From positions 414,718,001-414,782,000 of the forward strand of contig OZ024740.1 of NCBI GenBank assembly GCA_964016885.1: 64,000 nucleotides of DNA. The letters run 5' to 3'. Made by a program: the position numbers and the translations under genes. The DNA is from Eledone cirrhosa (lineage: Eukaryota). Each line of letters opens with the position of its first letter. The stretch's first letter is position 1. Below are positions 12,771 through 25,175 of the stretch, piece by piece. The notes beneath the pieces were generated by a model. The model was not told where the DNA came from. It saw only the letters and a list, made by a program, of their open reading frames with translations, and made no database searches.

Positions 12771-13174
12771 GTTTAAGATAACCATAGTAATGATACTTGA
12801 TATAGTAAACACTAGTTTTTGGTAAGAAGTGGGGGTGGGTGCAACCATACAATTTATCAGGACACTATGTTCATTTATAAAAATACTATATATATTTCTC
12901 TATTTGTTCCAGAACTGCAATAATGGTTAAACTATGTTTTGTTTAGTAAGTCCAATTGGATCAAAATATATTTGCTGATAAAGATCAGATTCTTACTTCA
13001 CTATATTCCATATTTAATTAATTTTAATTATCATGTACACTATAAGTCACACCTTTTTCCCCATTAAAATACAATGTAAAAATCAGCATTTGATTTATCT
13101 ACGGAACATAAAAAACTTCAGACAAAATATATGGTATATTGTAACTAGCAGTCCAATATAATAGCACTCTTTAA

Positions 13175-13394
13175 CCCTTTAGCATTCACATTACTTTATA
13201 TATACTATTATATTTTCATGGTAAATGCTTTATCTCACATAATAATCTCACATAATATCGAATCTATGAGATTTTGAAAGTATTTATTTTGAGAACAATA
13301 CCATAACATCAGTGTGAGTGACCGGTTACTGCCAGTTTCAACAGAAAGAGGTAGAGAATTCTGGCCGGTTTTGGCCGGTTAGAACATTAAAGGG
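13175..13394 (+). mobile_element. piggyBac-type MITE copy
   Basis: TTAA on both sides, CCCTTTAGCATT terminus, body similar to 11260-11473. Confidence 0.88.
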
Positions 13395-14082
13395 TTAATC
13401 ATTCATTTACAAGCCTGTAATCAAAATACAATCATTTCCTGATCCCATAATCTACAGTAAGTGAAAACCAAACTCTCTGGATCTCTTATTGACAAGATGG
13501 GAACCAGTTAAATATGGCTACCTTGCATTATACAAAAGTAGAGCAAACTAACAGTGTAAAGTCTGCATATTGTGGTTCTATAATTTACTTTCTCTGGAAA
13601 GTTTCCAAACATGTAAACATGAAAGAGATGGTGTGTTACTTATTTTGTTATTGAGTGTGATTAAATTTAATAAAATGTTTTATTGCATATGATTAAATAA
13701 ATAAAATAGGATTTTTAAATATAGAGAATTAAGAGTTCATTAACATGGTTTTAACTTGTAAAAGCGCTACCAGAGAATTTGTTTATTAGATATAACAGGG
13801 GGAAAATATGTTTAGATTTGAATAGTTTGATGAAAATTTTGTCTAAGCATATATAAACAGTATTAATAAAAACAGCATGTGACTTAGGTAGAGCCATATA
13901 CTGAGCTAAGAATATTGTATGTCAAATGGAAGTGTGACATACATTAATAATTATATAATTACTGACTATGATAATATATATAATTCCAAATAAAAAGTGT
14001 TGGCTGATCAACTGACTTTAGTGTAATCAGTCATCAGCACTCCGTGACAGCTATAACACAAGGTCTCACTTATACTACTTCA

Positions 14083-14838
14083 TATAGCAGAAATACCCAG
14101 GGATGCTTGGATATTCTCCTAAAGTAACACTATGGAGTAATGTTGGGATTTCAGAATTCCTTACAAACTATATGACTAAGGAACTGGGATCTATGTGTAT
14201 TGTTATCGAAGTAAGAATTACAATATTGTCTTGTTCATATACTTGTTCATTCCAAAGTCTCTGGATAAAAAATTATTCTTGGTTTTACTATGTGTTGCTA
14301 CAATGAAGAGAAAATCAGGGTTTCTAACCCTTGTAATACCAATATAGGGCTGACTATATGGAAAGACAGGATCTGCTAGAGTCAACCCAATGACTTTCAA
14401 TGATTTCTCTTGAGATTTATTGATGGTCATGGCAAAACTGAATCTTATAGGAAATTAAAGCCTTTGAAATTCAATTGGCAAATCATTTGGCTTCAGAGGT
14501 ATTCTGGGAATGAAACAATTGTCACCAGCAAATTTTCTTGACAAGATTGTGATGCTATTGCAAAGTTTTGGAGGATTGAGATTATGAAGTAGCATAACCA
14601 ATGCGTCAAGCTTCAGTAACATGTTGTGTGGAGGAATTCATGCTAGTTCAAAAATTCAGTTGGATAGTTTACAACCTGGTCCTGGGAAGTGACTGTGATA
14701 TCTACTGATTTGTAGCATCTTTCCTCTCCCAGTAACATGCCCAGTAACCTTCTGTTGATTTCTTTCACAGTAACATTTTTCGTTCCTAAGATTGCTTGTT
14801 TAAAGAGCCATTTGAGATCATTTTGTCTTATCTGAATG
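14083..14838 (-). mobile_element. Helitron 3' end: decayed PIF1-type helicase C-terminus plus terminal hairpin
   Basis: Minus frames give IPPHNMLLKL..VMLLHNLNPPKLCN...FIPRIPLKPNDLPIEFQRL*FPIRFSFAMTINKSQEKSLKVIGL...TRV...KTKN; decayed hairpin and CTAG-like end near 14083-14115. Confidence 0.9.
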
Positions 14839-15159
14839 TTTAGAAAGACTCTGTCATCGTTTTCCTCTCTTCTTTTTTTCTATCTCCCATCCTTTCTTTC
14901 ACTTCTTTCTTTTTCTCTCCCATGCTCTTTTTCTCTCTCTCTCTCTCTCTCTCTCTACAGAATGGAGAAAGATAAAACAAAATGGCCAGACTTTTCAATA
15001 TGCATACGGAAATATGTACAATTGAATTGAAATAGATTGCTTGCTTTGTAAAGTAAAACAATTTTTGCCATTACTTATCTGATGATGAAGTGAACATAAA
15101 TATGTAATTTTGTGAGTGTCTGTTCAGTAATTTTAGAGTTTTAAGTGGCCACACAAATT

Positions 15160-15585
15160 AAGAACTTTCATTTATATAATTGGTATGTGTATATATTTAT
15201 ACACATTGGTGCAGTTTCAGTTACACACACTGTATTTATACAGATATAGTTTTATCATACACTTTGGCTGCTAGCGCACTTCTTAATATCTGTCTCAATT
15301 AATTACCAACATGAGCACTAATGATATGCAAATTAGTCCATTTCAGAATAATACAAAGAGCAAATGGGTATATACACCCATCAAATACGTGTTTCCTTGT
15401 GGGTGAGTTATTATGCCTTCTGATGAAGATCCAACTAGATCTGAAAATCAATTAGGTGTTTATCATTTTCTCAATTTACAGGGAAATTTGTATTTTCTGG
15501 TGTGTTTACACGCCAACATATTAGATATTGGTGCAATCTCAGTTTCACACTCTGCATACACAGATATAATTTTATCATACACTTC
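15160..15585 (+). mobile_element. Non-coding partial tandem (~320-nt unit) carrying a hammerhead; Penelope-LTR or retrozyme-like
   Basis: 15207-15264 is repeated at 15529-15584; homologous to 25450-26340. Confidence 0.75.
15413..15459 (+). ncRNA. Type I hammerhead ribozyme (stem I damaged)
   Basis: atgcctt-CTGATGA-AGATC-caacta-GATCT-GAAA-atcaat-TA-ggtgt; stem II is perfect. Confidence 0.7.
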
Positions 15586-16007
15586 TCAAAATATGGGTGT
15601 GTGTTTGTGTGTGTGTGTGTGTGCGTGTGCATGTGTGATTGTCCATTTGTGTGCATGTGTGCGTTTCATTTTTTTCCATTGTCTTTGCCCATATTTTTTA
15701 TTCATTTTGTATATATATCATCAGTAATTAAAATTTAAAAAAGTTGTCTTCCTGCCTTTTTCATTCAAAATTTAGCTATTTAGAAAAATGATTGTTCTTA
15801 TCAGCAAGATGATAATTTTAATTAATCAAAAGTTCTTGAACTTTACATGAAGTATGTTAGCACCAGCATTACTATTAAGTTTTATGTGGTAGGCATCTTT
15901 GGGTATTGTTTAACAGTAACTAACTAAAGTTAAAATGTTTTATAAGACAGTCAGATGAAGAGAAGTGTATATGACACCCAGATTGGTGAGTTTGATGCTG
16001 TTGATGT

Positions 16008-16500
16008 TCATTTTGAACATCTGTATGTTGGTGTCTGTAAAAAAAAATGTGGGCTAGAAAGAAATCCTGAAAAGACAGGATTACAGGAAGTGTTAAATAC
16101 AGAGTGGGATAGATGAGACAATAAGGTTAATGAGAGAAGGAAAGACAAGTGGGGAAAGTATTTCTTAGTGCAGAGTAAAATGGCTATTTTAGAAAAGCAA
16201 AGTCCAATAAGGCAGTAACAGAAGTGGCCGAGAGAGAGGAAATTGTGCATAAGTGGCTGGAGCCTGAGTTGATGACTGAATCTTTGCACATTAGTTGAAT
16301 GGCCTTTCTTTTGTATACAGCCTAAGATGATAGTTTGTGTAACAGCAACATGCCATGTACATAAGCAGTACTCCAGTGTGACTCTTAATTGAGTTTTATA
16401 GAAGATTAACAATTGATCAGGGCTGAAATATTTCCTAGTATTTGTGATATAATTTGGGCAATGATATGTATGTGGAATCTCCATAACAGATAATGAGGCC
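16008..16500 (-). mobile_element. Decayed non-RTE LINE C-terminal region (Jockey/CR1-group-like)
   Basis: RKYFSPDQLLIFYKTQLRVTLEYC..W...IQKK...LQPLMH pattern. Confidence 0.6.
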
Positions 16501-16554
16501 TAGCCTCCTAGCATTTATAACATTTATAACGGTTTTAATTGTGTATTATTAATG

Positions 16555-16702
16555 ACTAGAGAGATTGCGTAGTTACGTCCCTTTACGATCTGAGTTCAAA
16601 TCCCACCGAGGTTAACTTTGCCTTTCATCCTTATGGGGGCAATAAAATAAAGTACCAGTAATGTACTGGGTAATTGATGGCCAAAAGTAGAAACAATTAT
16701 TA
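16555..16702 (+). mobile_element. 5'-truncated tRNA-derived SINE
   Basis: gatctgagttcaaatccc...gcctttcatcc...aaacaattatt; ttattaatgactagagag repeated on both sides as a TSD. Confidence 0.85.
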
Positions 16703-17237
16703 ATGACTAGAGAGTATGATATAAAATCCTGTTTCCTTGATGTGTGTAGTCGAGTCTTTATGCCGTTGAAAGAGAGAAAGTATTTGTATCTCCATTGAAT
16801 GATGCTCTGAAGGTTTCTGTTCATAGATCCATTGTTGATTAGTGTGAGATTTCTGTGTTGCATGTAATTTAGATGACTAACTGCTCAAGTAAACTGATTA
16901 TTAGTCTAAGTCTATAAGAAATAGATTAAATTAAATGACTGACATAGTAACTTAGCTGCAAGCACTAATAAGATTTTAAATTACAATACTTCCAATAAAT
17001 GTTGCAGGCCTGGAAGAACTCTTAGGAAAGTATTTATTTAGCCATGATACAATGATGATAGTACAAGTTGATTAGGTAAAATAAAAGAGTACGAATATGA
17101 AAAGACATTATTTCACAAGAGAAAATACATACAACTGTGTCTTTAAATGGCCACAAGTAATGATAAATAAACATTACACAGATGTTACCATGCTGACAAG
17201 AGAAACAGTGATACAAATCATTGAGTATATATATATA

Positions 17238-19870
17238 TCATCATCATCATCACTGATGTCCATTTTCCATGCTAGCATGGGTTAGACGAGCTGTCCTATT
17301 GTGAGACAAGCCAGGTCAGATGACCATGTCTTGCTCATACAAAACTGAATTTGGCTTGGTTTCTATGGCTGGATGTCCTTCCTAATGCCAACCACATTTA
17401 CAATGTGTGCTGTGTGTTATTTTATTTTTTTTTTTTGTCATGATACCTGCACGACCACTTTACAGTGTGGTCTGGGGACTTGGATGGGGATTGGGGAGGT
17501 AGACCTTTAAGCATGGTTGATGGGTAGGGTGTTATGCAGGAGATGTATGGAAAGGGTGATTGAAATGAAGGTGGTGCATACTAGATGTATGCCGCAATCC
17601 ATGTACATGGGAAGGCAGCTCTCCTGTATTACTGATCTTGTGTCATCACCTTTGAGAGGTGCAATTGGGCAAGGTCAGCTTTTATTATCTCATCCCAAGT
17701 CTTCCTAGGTTTTCCTACTGATAGTTTCCATCAACTTTGAGTGCTCAGCACCTTTTTATGCAGCTGTTATCTTTCATATATATCATGTTATCCTTCATAT
17801 GCATACCAATGCAATTTCTTTTCCTGCTCACTGCATCTGATCCCTCTTATGCCCAGTTTCTCTCTCAGTTCATTCATGCTTTGCCATTCATGTATTGAAG
17901 CATGGAAGCTTCATTTCTTTCCAATCTTCGCAGGTCCTCTGCACACAGCGCCCAGGTCTCACTACCATGCAGCATTGTTGTTTGTATACATGCATCATAC
18001 AATCTGCCCTTCATTTTGAGTTGAAAAATCTTTTGTAGTTAGCAGCGGTAGTAGCTCCCTGAACTGTCTCCCTGAACTTACTCTGGTTACTGTGCTTTCA
18101 GAACACCCTCCTCCATTGCTAATTTGGTCACCCAGGTAACAGTAACTATCTCTGACTCCTACAGAGTCTTCTGGACATTTGAAGGAGATAGTATCCTGTG
18201 AGCTCTTGCTACTTATTGCACCTGTGCATTGGTCACATGTAAAACCTATATTCTTTGCTAGCCTGCTTGATATCCAACTATATCTCTTGTGTACCCATAG
18301 TTTGCATTTGGAACATAGGTTGGAATTTCTACCTACTCCTTTTCTCCACACTGATCAAGGCTACTTTCCTGAGGAGATCTGGGTCCTGATTTCCTTTCTA
18401 CATACAAGGAATGGCTTGTGAGGACAGTGCAAACTTTGTACAGAGGTACTCTCAGTAAAGTCAGGGTAGGAATGGAGTTTAGTGAGGAATTCCAGATACA
18501 AGTAGGAGTACATCAAGGTTCGGTCCTCAGCCTGCTCTTGTTCATTATAGTCCTCCAAGCCATAACAGAGGAGTTTAAGACTGGCTGCCCATGGTAACTT
18601 CTCTATACTGACGATCTGGTTCTTATAGCAGAATCAGTAGAGGAGAAATTCTGAATCATAGAGAAGAAATTCTGGCTATTGAAACAACAGTTGGAAGCAA
18701 GAGGACTGAGAGTGAACCTAGCTAAGATGAAAGTGTTGATGAGTAGAAAAGAGGACAAAACTCTGATTCCGTCAGGGAAATGGCCATGTTCGATATGCAG
18801 AAAAGGAACTGGCATAAATTCTATAAAATGCACACAATGCAGATCCTGGGTACACAAGAGATGTAGCGGGATAGCAGGCAAACTAACAGGTAGGGAGAAA
18901 TATGTATGCAGTAGATGTACAGGGAAATTAGACAGTAGAAGTCGCATTGATAGACACATTTTTCAAATGCAGGAGGGTGCTATAGAAGTGGTACCTAGGA
19001 GATCAGATTAGCATGGGAGGGGGGTGTTCCGAGGCCATAGTATCTAGAATAAGGACTGGTTGGAAGAAGTTTAGGGAGCTGCTTCCTCTGCTGACGAAGA
19101 AGGGTTTCTCCCTGCGTACGAAAGGCTGGTTGTATGATGCCTGTGTGAGGAGCGCAATGCTGCATGGTAGTGAGACATGGGCAGCAACTGCAGAGGATAT
19201 GCGACGGCTGGAGAGAAATGAGGCAAGCATGCTCCGTTGGATGTGCAGTGTAAATGTGCGTGAACGACCCAGCATGTGTTGAGAGAGAAACTGTGTCTGA
19301 GAGGGATAGAATGTAATGTACGGGAGATGAGACTGAGGTGGTATGGACATGTGATGCACACGGAGGATGACCGATGGGTGAAGAAGTGCCAGGAAATGCC
19401 AGTTGAAGGAAGACGTGGTAGAGGTAGACCACAAAAAATATGGGCGGAGGTGGTGAGAACAGACCTCAGATCATTGAAGCTCATGGTGGAGATGACGACG
19501 GACCGTGACGAGTGGAGAGATGCTGTGCTGAATAAGACCCGTCCCACCCTTGCAAGCAGGGAAAAGCGGACGTAAAATGATGATGATACTAGGACTTTGG
19601 TCTTTGAGAAGTTAAATTTAAGACCTTTTGATTCTAGGCCATGTTTCCAGGTTAGAAATTTCTTCTCTAATTCTGCCATAGATTCATCTATAAGGGTTAG
19701 GCCATCTGCAAACAGAAGTTCTCATGGGCAGCCAATCTTAAAGTCTTCTGTCGTAGCCTGCAGGATGATAATAAACAGGAGAGGACTAGGAACTTGAGCC
19801 CTGGTGGACACCAACCTGCATGCTAAATTCTTCACTATAGTCATTGTTAATTCTGATCTTGCAAACTATT
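17238..19870 (-). mobile_element. Older RTE LINE split by a younger antiparallel RTE insertion
   Basis: 19590-19870 (ELEKKFLTWKHGLESKGLKFNFSKTKVLV) continues in 18405-17238 (CRKEIRTQISSGK...CSKCKLWVHKR...YLGDQIS...). Confidence 0.85.
18406..19586 (+). mobile_element. Younger RTE LINE (RT 3' half, PHD-like finger, short tail)
   Basis: GVHQGSVLSLLLFIIVLQAI...YTDDL...C4HC3 finger...RLRWYGHVM...KTRPTLASREKRT*, then (ATG)n; frameshifted. Confidence 0.93.
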
Positions 19871-20165
19871 CCTGATATATATACCTGTTTTTCAAACTTA
19901 TAATTATATATATATGTAGATAAATCTACCAAAGTAAACAGTAGTGTCCAATCCATATGAAGAACTCAATGTAATCCAAATATAGAAGATATCATGAAAA
20001 GAGAAAATGCATTCAAAATTTAACGATAAAAATCATAGGAAAACAGAGTCAAGATAAATTAATAAAAACAATGAAATAAAAACAAAGAACAGGTTAATAC
20101 AAAAAGTCTGTTTGGGAACAGGTTTTGAATTGACCATTATATATATATATATATATATATTGACC

Positions 20166-20204
<39 letters not shown>

Positions 20205-20245
20205 AAATAAATAAGTCAAATATTTAAAATTTGGCTTCGTTTATT

Positions 20246-20300
20246 ACTGCTATATATATTTCAGTGACAGCCATCTTTGGCTGTGACCTCTTCAGGCAGT
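20246..20300 (-). ncRNA. Type I hammerhead ribozyme (mirror copy)
   Basis: Exact reverse complement of 20506-20560. Confidence 0.8.
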
Positions 20301-20505
20301 CCAAATTAGTGTGGTAGAGACGAGTACACATGTTGTTGAGGTGTTTAACTTTGTCAATACTCTGATATGCCCAGTTCCTGGTTGGGGTGTTGTTTCTATG
20401 TTCCTCATAGAAACAACAATCCAACCAGGAACTGGGCATATCAGAGTATTGACAAAGTTAAACACCTCAACAACATGTGTACTCGTCTCTACCACACTAA
20501 TTTGG

Positions 20506-20560
20506 ACTGCCTGAAGAGGTCACAGCCAAAGATGGCTGTCACTGAAATATATATAGCAGT
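20506..20560 (+). ncRNA. Type I hammerhead ribozyme with palindromic loop 3
   Basis: ACTGC-CTGAAGA-GGTCACAGCC-aaagat-GGCTGTCACT-GAAA-tatata-TA^GCAGT; stems I and II pair; predicted cleavage after 20555. Confidence 0.82.
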
Positions 20561-20707
20561 AATAAACGAAGCCAAATTTTAAATATTTGACTTATTTATT
20601 TTAGTTTATTTTACATTACTCCGGAGTAACCAAACCAACCTGCGCACTTCGTCGAGTGCTCCAATATGCATAGTGAGGTGTCGGTAAACAACCAACATAT
20701 ACTCAAA

Positions 20708-20738
<31 letters not shown>

Positions 20739-21594
20739 ATCAGGTGGTACTGTAAATTAGAAATATACGTATATATGAAAATTACTTCCAATGATGACTT
20801 TGATTCTAAAGATAAAAAAAAGACAGATGGATGGCTACGAGTTGCTAATAAGTTAAAAGCAAACTTAACAAAAACAAAACAAAATACACAGTTGAGGTAG
20901 CTCTCTTTAAGATACTGATGTGATATGTATCAAGAGAATAATTTTGTAATCACGAAATTGTTTAGAGAGATCATTGGTAACAGCAAACACATCCTTATGG
21001 ATTGACAGCAAGGTGGCAACAAGGAAAAGACAATAAATCCTGTGAAATTTGTGTACAGTGAAGTCATCAAGAAAATAGTTCCGAGAAGTAGGATGATTAA
21101 GGTGATTTGCATATTGATAATGTTATATTTGAAAAAGAAATGGCTGCTTCTCTATTGATATGGATCAATAGTTTTGATTTCAGTCTCTTATCTGATTTAC
21201 TACATGTTGCTTTATTTATTTCTAACTTTACCAGTCTAGATTTTGTTGCTGTTCCTAACTACAACTGTCAGTGGTTTTATGGCCATATTTCCACCAGAAC
21301 ATGAGAAATATGGAATGCTTATGGAAGAATTGATGTCAACTAAATTGTTTTTCTTTAATAACTTTACATAATTTTTTTTTTCTTTTCTTCTACAACCTGC
21401 CATGTTCTGCAAATTCAGATATTTTATACAAATCTTTTGGAGCAGAGGTTTCAAAGACAGATAACCAGATACTATCTGATGCTAATTACCCATCACATTT
21501 TGAAATATTGGTAAAATATATAATTTCATTCAGTGATGATAACATGGGTATATATGATGGTTTCCTATCACTAATTTAGCAACTACAGAGGGCT

Positions 21595-21690
21595 ATATTT
21601 CACTGAGGAGCTCTAACACAATCAAAACATGTCCAGAATTGCCACTGAAGTTGCCACAATCAGATTAAATTGATATTAGTCAGTGAGCTG
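21595..21690 (+). other. Possible decayed double-hammerhead Penelope LTR remnant
   Basis: CTGAGGAGCTC...AAAACATGTC followed by CTGAAG...GATATTAGTC; cores are damaged. Confidence 0.25.
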
Positions 21691-22131
21691 TTTTCATTTC
21701 CTCACATATGGTGGTCCTATACAGGTATATACAGTGGTGTGTTATTGTCTTCCTTTTGGGGGGGGAGGGGGGCTTTTTTCTTTATTTTTCCACAAAAGAT
21801 AACAGTTCAATATCAGTGACTAGTTTCAAACTAATTAGTTTGGGATCATTAATCCAGAAAAAGAAATTGTAGAGTGCCAGAGAGTGACTCTTACATTCTG
21901 AATTCAATTTGACAATTTGACATTGCCCATCAGACTTCTGGTATCAATAAAATAATAACCAATAATATACTAAAATCCATTTCAACTGTACTCTCACCCA
22001 AAATCTATCCCTATGCCAAATTTTTAGGTTATCATTAATCCAACATCTTATTTTTACTTCTATTTTTCTATGCTGGCATGAGTTGGATGAGACTTTTGGG
22101 GAAAGAATTCTACAGATGGATAGATGCCTTT

Positions 22132-22960
22132 CATCATCATCATCACCATTTTACGTCTGTTCTTCCATGCTAGCATGGGTTAGACGGGTTGTTCTGTTGT
22201 GAGCAGTGTCTGGTCGGCTGACCATGCCTTGCTCATACAGGAACCGATTTTGGCTTGATTTCTACAGCTGGATGCCCTTCCTAACACCAACCTCATTTAC
22301 AGTGAGTGCTGGGTGCTTTTTTTCCGTGGCGCCTACACGTCCACTTTACAGTGTGGGCTGGGTGCTTTTTTGCCATGGCACCTCCATGACCACCTTGCGG
22401 TGGGGGATGTGGGGGCATATTGTCTATATGCTTCAGCTTGTATCCATGGGAGGTCGGGTATGCTGTATTACTGCGTGACGCCAGAGGTCACGGTCGTGTG
22501 TCATCACCTTTGAGAGGTGTAATTGGGTAAGGTCGGCTTTTATCACCTCATCCCAGGTCTTCTTGGGTCTCCCCACTCCACGGTTTCCATTGACTTCTAG
22601 TGCTCTGCACCTTTTTATGCAGCTGTCATCCTTCATACGCATCACATGTCCATACCAGCGCAACCGCCTCTCCTGCACACAGCATTTGATTCCTCTTATG
22701 CTCAGACTCTCTCTCAATTCATTTATGCTTTGCCGTTCGCGTATATTACTATTACACATCCATCGGAGCATGCAGGCTTCGTTTCTTTCTAATCTACGTA
22801 AGTCTTCCACCTTCAGCGCCCAGGTCTCACTACCATGTAACATTGCTGTTCGGATACACGCATCATACAGTCTGCCTTTCATTTTGAGGGAGAAGCCTTT
22901 TGCAGCTAGCAGTAGCAGTAGTTCCCTGAACTTCTTCCATCCCGTTCTTACCCTAATTAT
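22132..22960 (-). mobile_element. 5'-truncated RTE LINE with open 3' ORF and long 3' UTR
   Basis: IIRVRTGWKKFRELL...GRLYDACIRTAMLHGSETW...[10 protein letters not shown]...; (ATG)n tail; 5' end in a TA/CA tract. Confidence 0.93.
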
Positions 22961-23839
22961 TGTAGTATACATATGTGTGTGTGTGTATGTATATATGTGT
23001 ATGAATTTGAATGTATATATATATATATATATGTGTGTGTGTATATACATATGCACAGTCAGTCTTTTTATTTATTTCTACCCTTATGAGTAAGGAGCTT
23101 ATTCCAACAATTTTCACCTATGAAATTTTTAAACTGCAAGACATATTTTTATATGGATAGCACTGGCTGTTTTTATGGGGTTTCAACATGAAAATATATA
23201 CAATGATAAACACAAACATGCACACACACACACATCTGTGCACATGCACTCATGCATATAAAACAGTCTTCCATACAGATACTGTCAACTAAATTTTACT
23301 CACAAAGCATTGGTCATCCTGAGGTTATAGTAGAATACACATGCTCAAGGTGTTCCAAACTAAGCATAAAAACTAATAAGGAAATACGAAAAATCCTCAA
23401 TAGAAATTATGAAATTGATGCTGTTTTGTTTTCAATGCCAGACACACACAAACACACACATTTATATATCATAAGTCAATTATATCACCAAGAAAATAAT
23501 ATTACAGTAAAAGTGGTAAACATTTCAAGCTAAATGGACTTATACAAATAGAATATAAAATATCTTGCTTAAGTCTAAAACATAATTCCAGCTTCTTAGA
23601 TATTATTTTTCCTACAATAATTTTCTTCTACATTTCCTTTAATCATTATGTTTGATAAAGGTTAAAGGAAATATGGAAGCTAAATATAAAAGGAAATAAG
23701 GTGGCAAGAGGAAGAAAGCCAAGGAAAATAAGGGTTTGAAGCATCCTTACATTAGAATGCTGTAATCAAGGAATTATTGAATTAAATAATTATTACGTAT
23801 GTACCCTATTATATTTTATGGCTACTATGCTAGTGCGTG

Positions 23840-25175
23840 TGTGTGTATAGAAATATCTGTAGGTGGGAAAAAGGAAAACAGTGCTCAATCAGGAAGAGAG
23901 CTGATATATATCATAGTATATTATATTATTTATTTATATTCATACACGGAAAGGCTTCAATGCCCAATATTGACCACATCTCCAGAATGTAAGACGGATC
24001 ATAACACCCTATGGTGACATCAAAAGAATCATCAGAGCTTGATTTCTTTACCCAAATAGTACCATTACTAACTAGGAGGGTTCTACGAGCATGGAATATA
24101 AGGTCATATTCCATGTCACTGACGTATACAAAAGAACGAGCAAAGTCTAAAGCATTATTAAAGAAGGGTTCTAGAAATAGAGGGATAAAAATCTATGGTC
24201 TGGCTCTTAAAGGGGATTTTTGTAAAGCAGGATATGACAGATGTATTATTCCACAGTGAGAGATTGGTGTCTTTTATAATACAAGTGTTAATGTCTCTTA
24301 AAATGTTTTTACTAGCTAGTTCTAACTCTGTCCTTACAGGATTTATTAAGCTAAAGCTAGGCCTGTTTGTAAAATCAAGTTTGTGATCCTTCAGGGTAAT
24401 GAAAGTATCACATTCTGCTAAGCGTTCTATTCTATTGGCTATTTTAAATTTTGTGATATCTTTGGCCTCATCATTAATTTTGTTATGTGTGTTAGGTTTG
24501 GCCTTCTGGTATTTATTTGTTATGCTATTAAGGACAAGGTTGTTATATTTTTCCTTATCTAGTTCATACAATTTTTTTTGTTTTGTCCAAAAGTACAAAA
24601 ACATTCTTAGTAGATTTGAATCATTTAATGTCAAGTGTATGTTGGAAGGGATTATATTACTTATGAAACCTGGTTGCTGTGACTATATCTAACAGGTCAG
24701 CTTCAAATGAGGCTAAGTCTGGTGGAGTACTTAATGGAATTAATGTTAAATTTCTCAGTGGCAGTGGTGGCCATTTCACTATCAAACAGAGAGCCCTCTA
24801 CCTTAATCTACGTACAACATCTACTTTGTCAAAAAGCATTTTGGTGTAAGAAGAGTTAGTAGGTGTCAGTATGTTTTTGGTTGAAAAGTTAATCTCGTAT
24901 AGATCCATATGTAGTAGTGATGAAAATGTCTGAATGTCCAAAGAATGCTCAACAAAACGGGCAGAAAAATGCAAGTCAGTCAAAATAAAATCCAAAGGTC
25001 TGTGTAAAAATTCCATGTAAGAGCAATGTGTTTGTAGAAATATCCATAGGTATGAAAAGGAAAGAGGAAAACAGTGCTCAATTGGGAAGAGAGCTGATAT
25101 ATTACATTATTTATGTTCATATCCGGAACAAAAGTGCTACCTAAGGTTTCAAGGCCTAATATTGACTGTATCATG
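23840..25175 (-). mobile_element. Internally deleted Penelope-like retroelement (Naiad-type RT) with two LTR-like direct repeats
   Basis: Fragments NFSTKNILTP..YTKMLFDKV..VRRLR, FITLKDHK..F..RPSFSLINP, DFYPSIS, HARRTLL...WVKK...FDVTIGCYD (ORF about 24908-24000); direct repeats 23840-23990 and 25025-25175, each with a decayed hammerhead-like core. Confidence 0.85.

Larger units (their letters stand above)
20197..20609. repeat. Near-perfect palindrome, 204-bp arms, 5-nt loop (inverted Penelope-like LTR)
   Basis: Mirror ORFs 20224-20439(-) and 20367-20582(+); axis at 20403, loop TTCCT; 3 mismatches seen. Confidence 0.97.

Noticed and set aside
13995-14043. Minus-strand CTGATGA with a 6-bp stem
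   Set aside because: GCTGAT/ATCAGC extends a plain hairpin; GAAA box absent
20930-21460. Short ORFs with a DFVAV...WFYG segment, perhaps a DNA transposon relic
   Set aside because: Too decayed to assign a family
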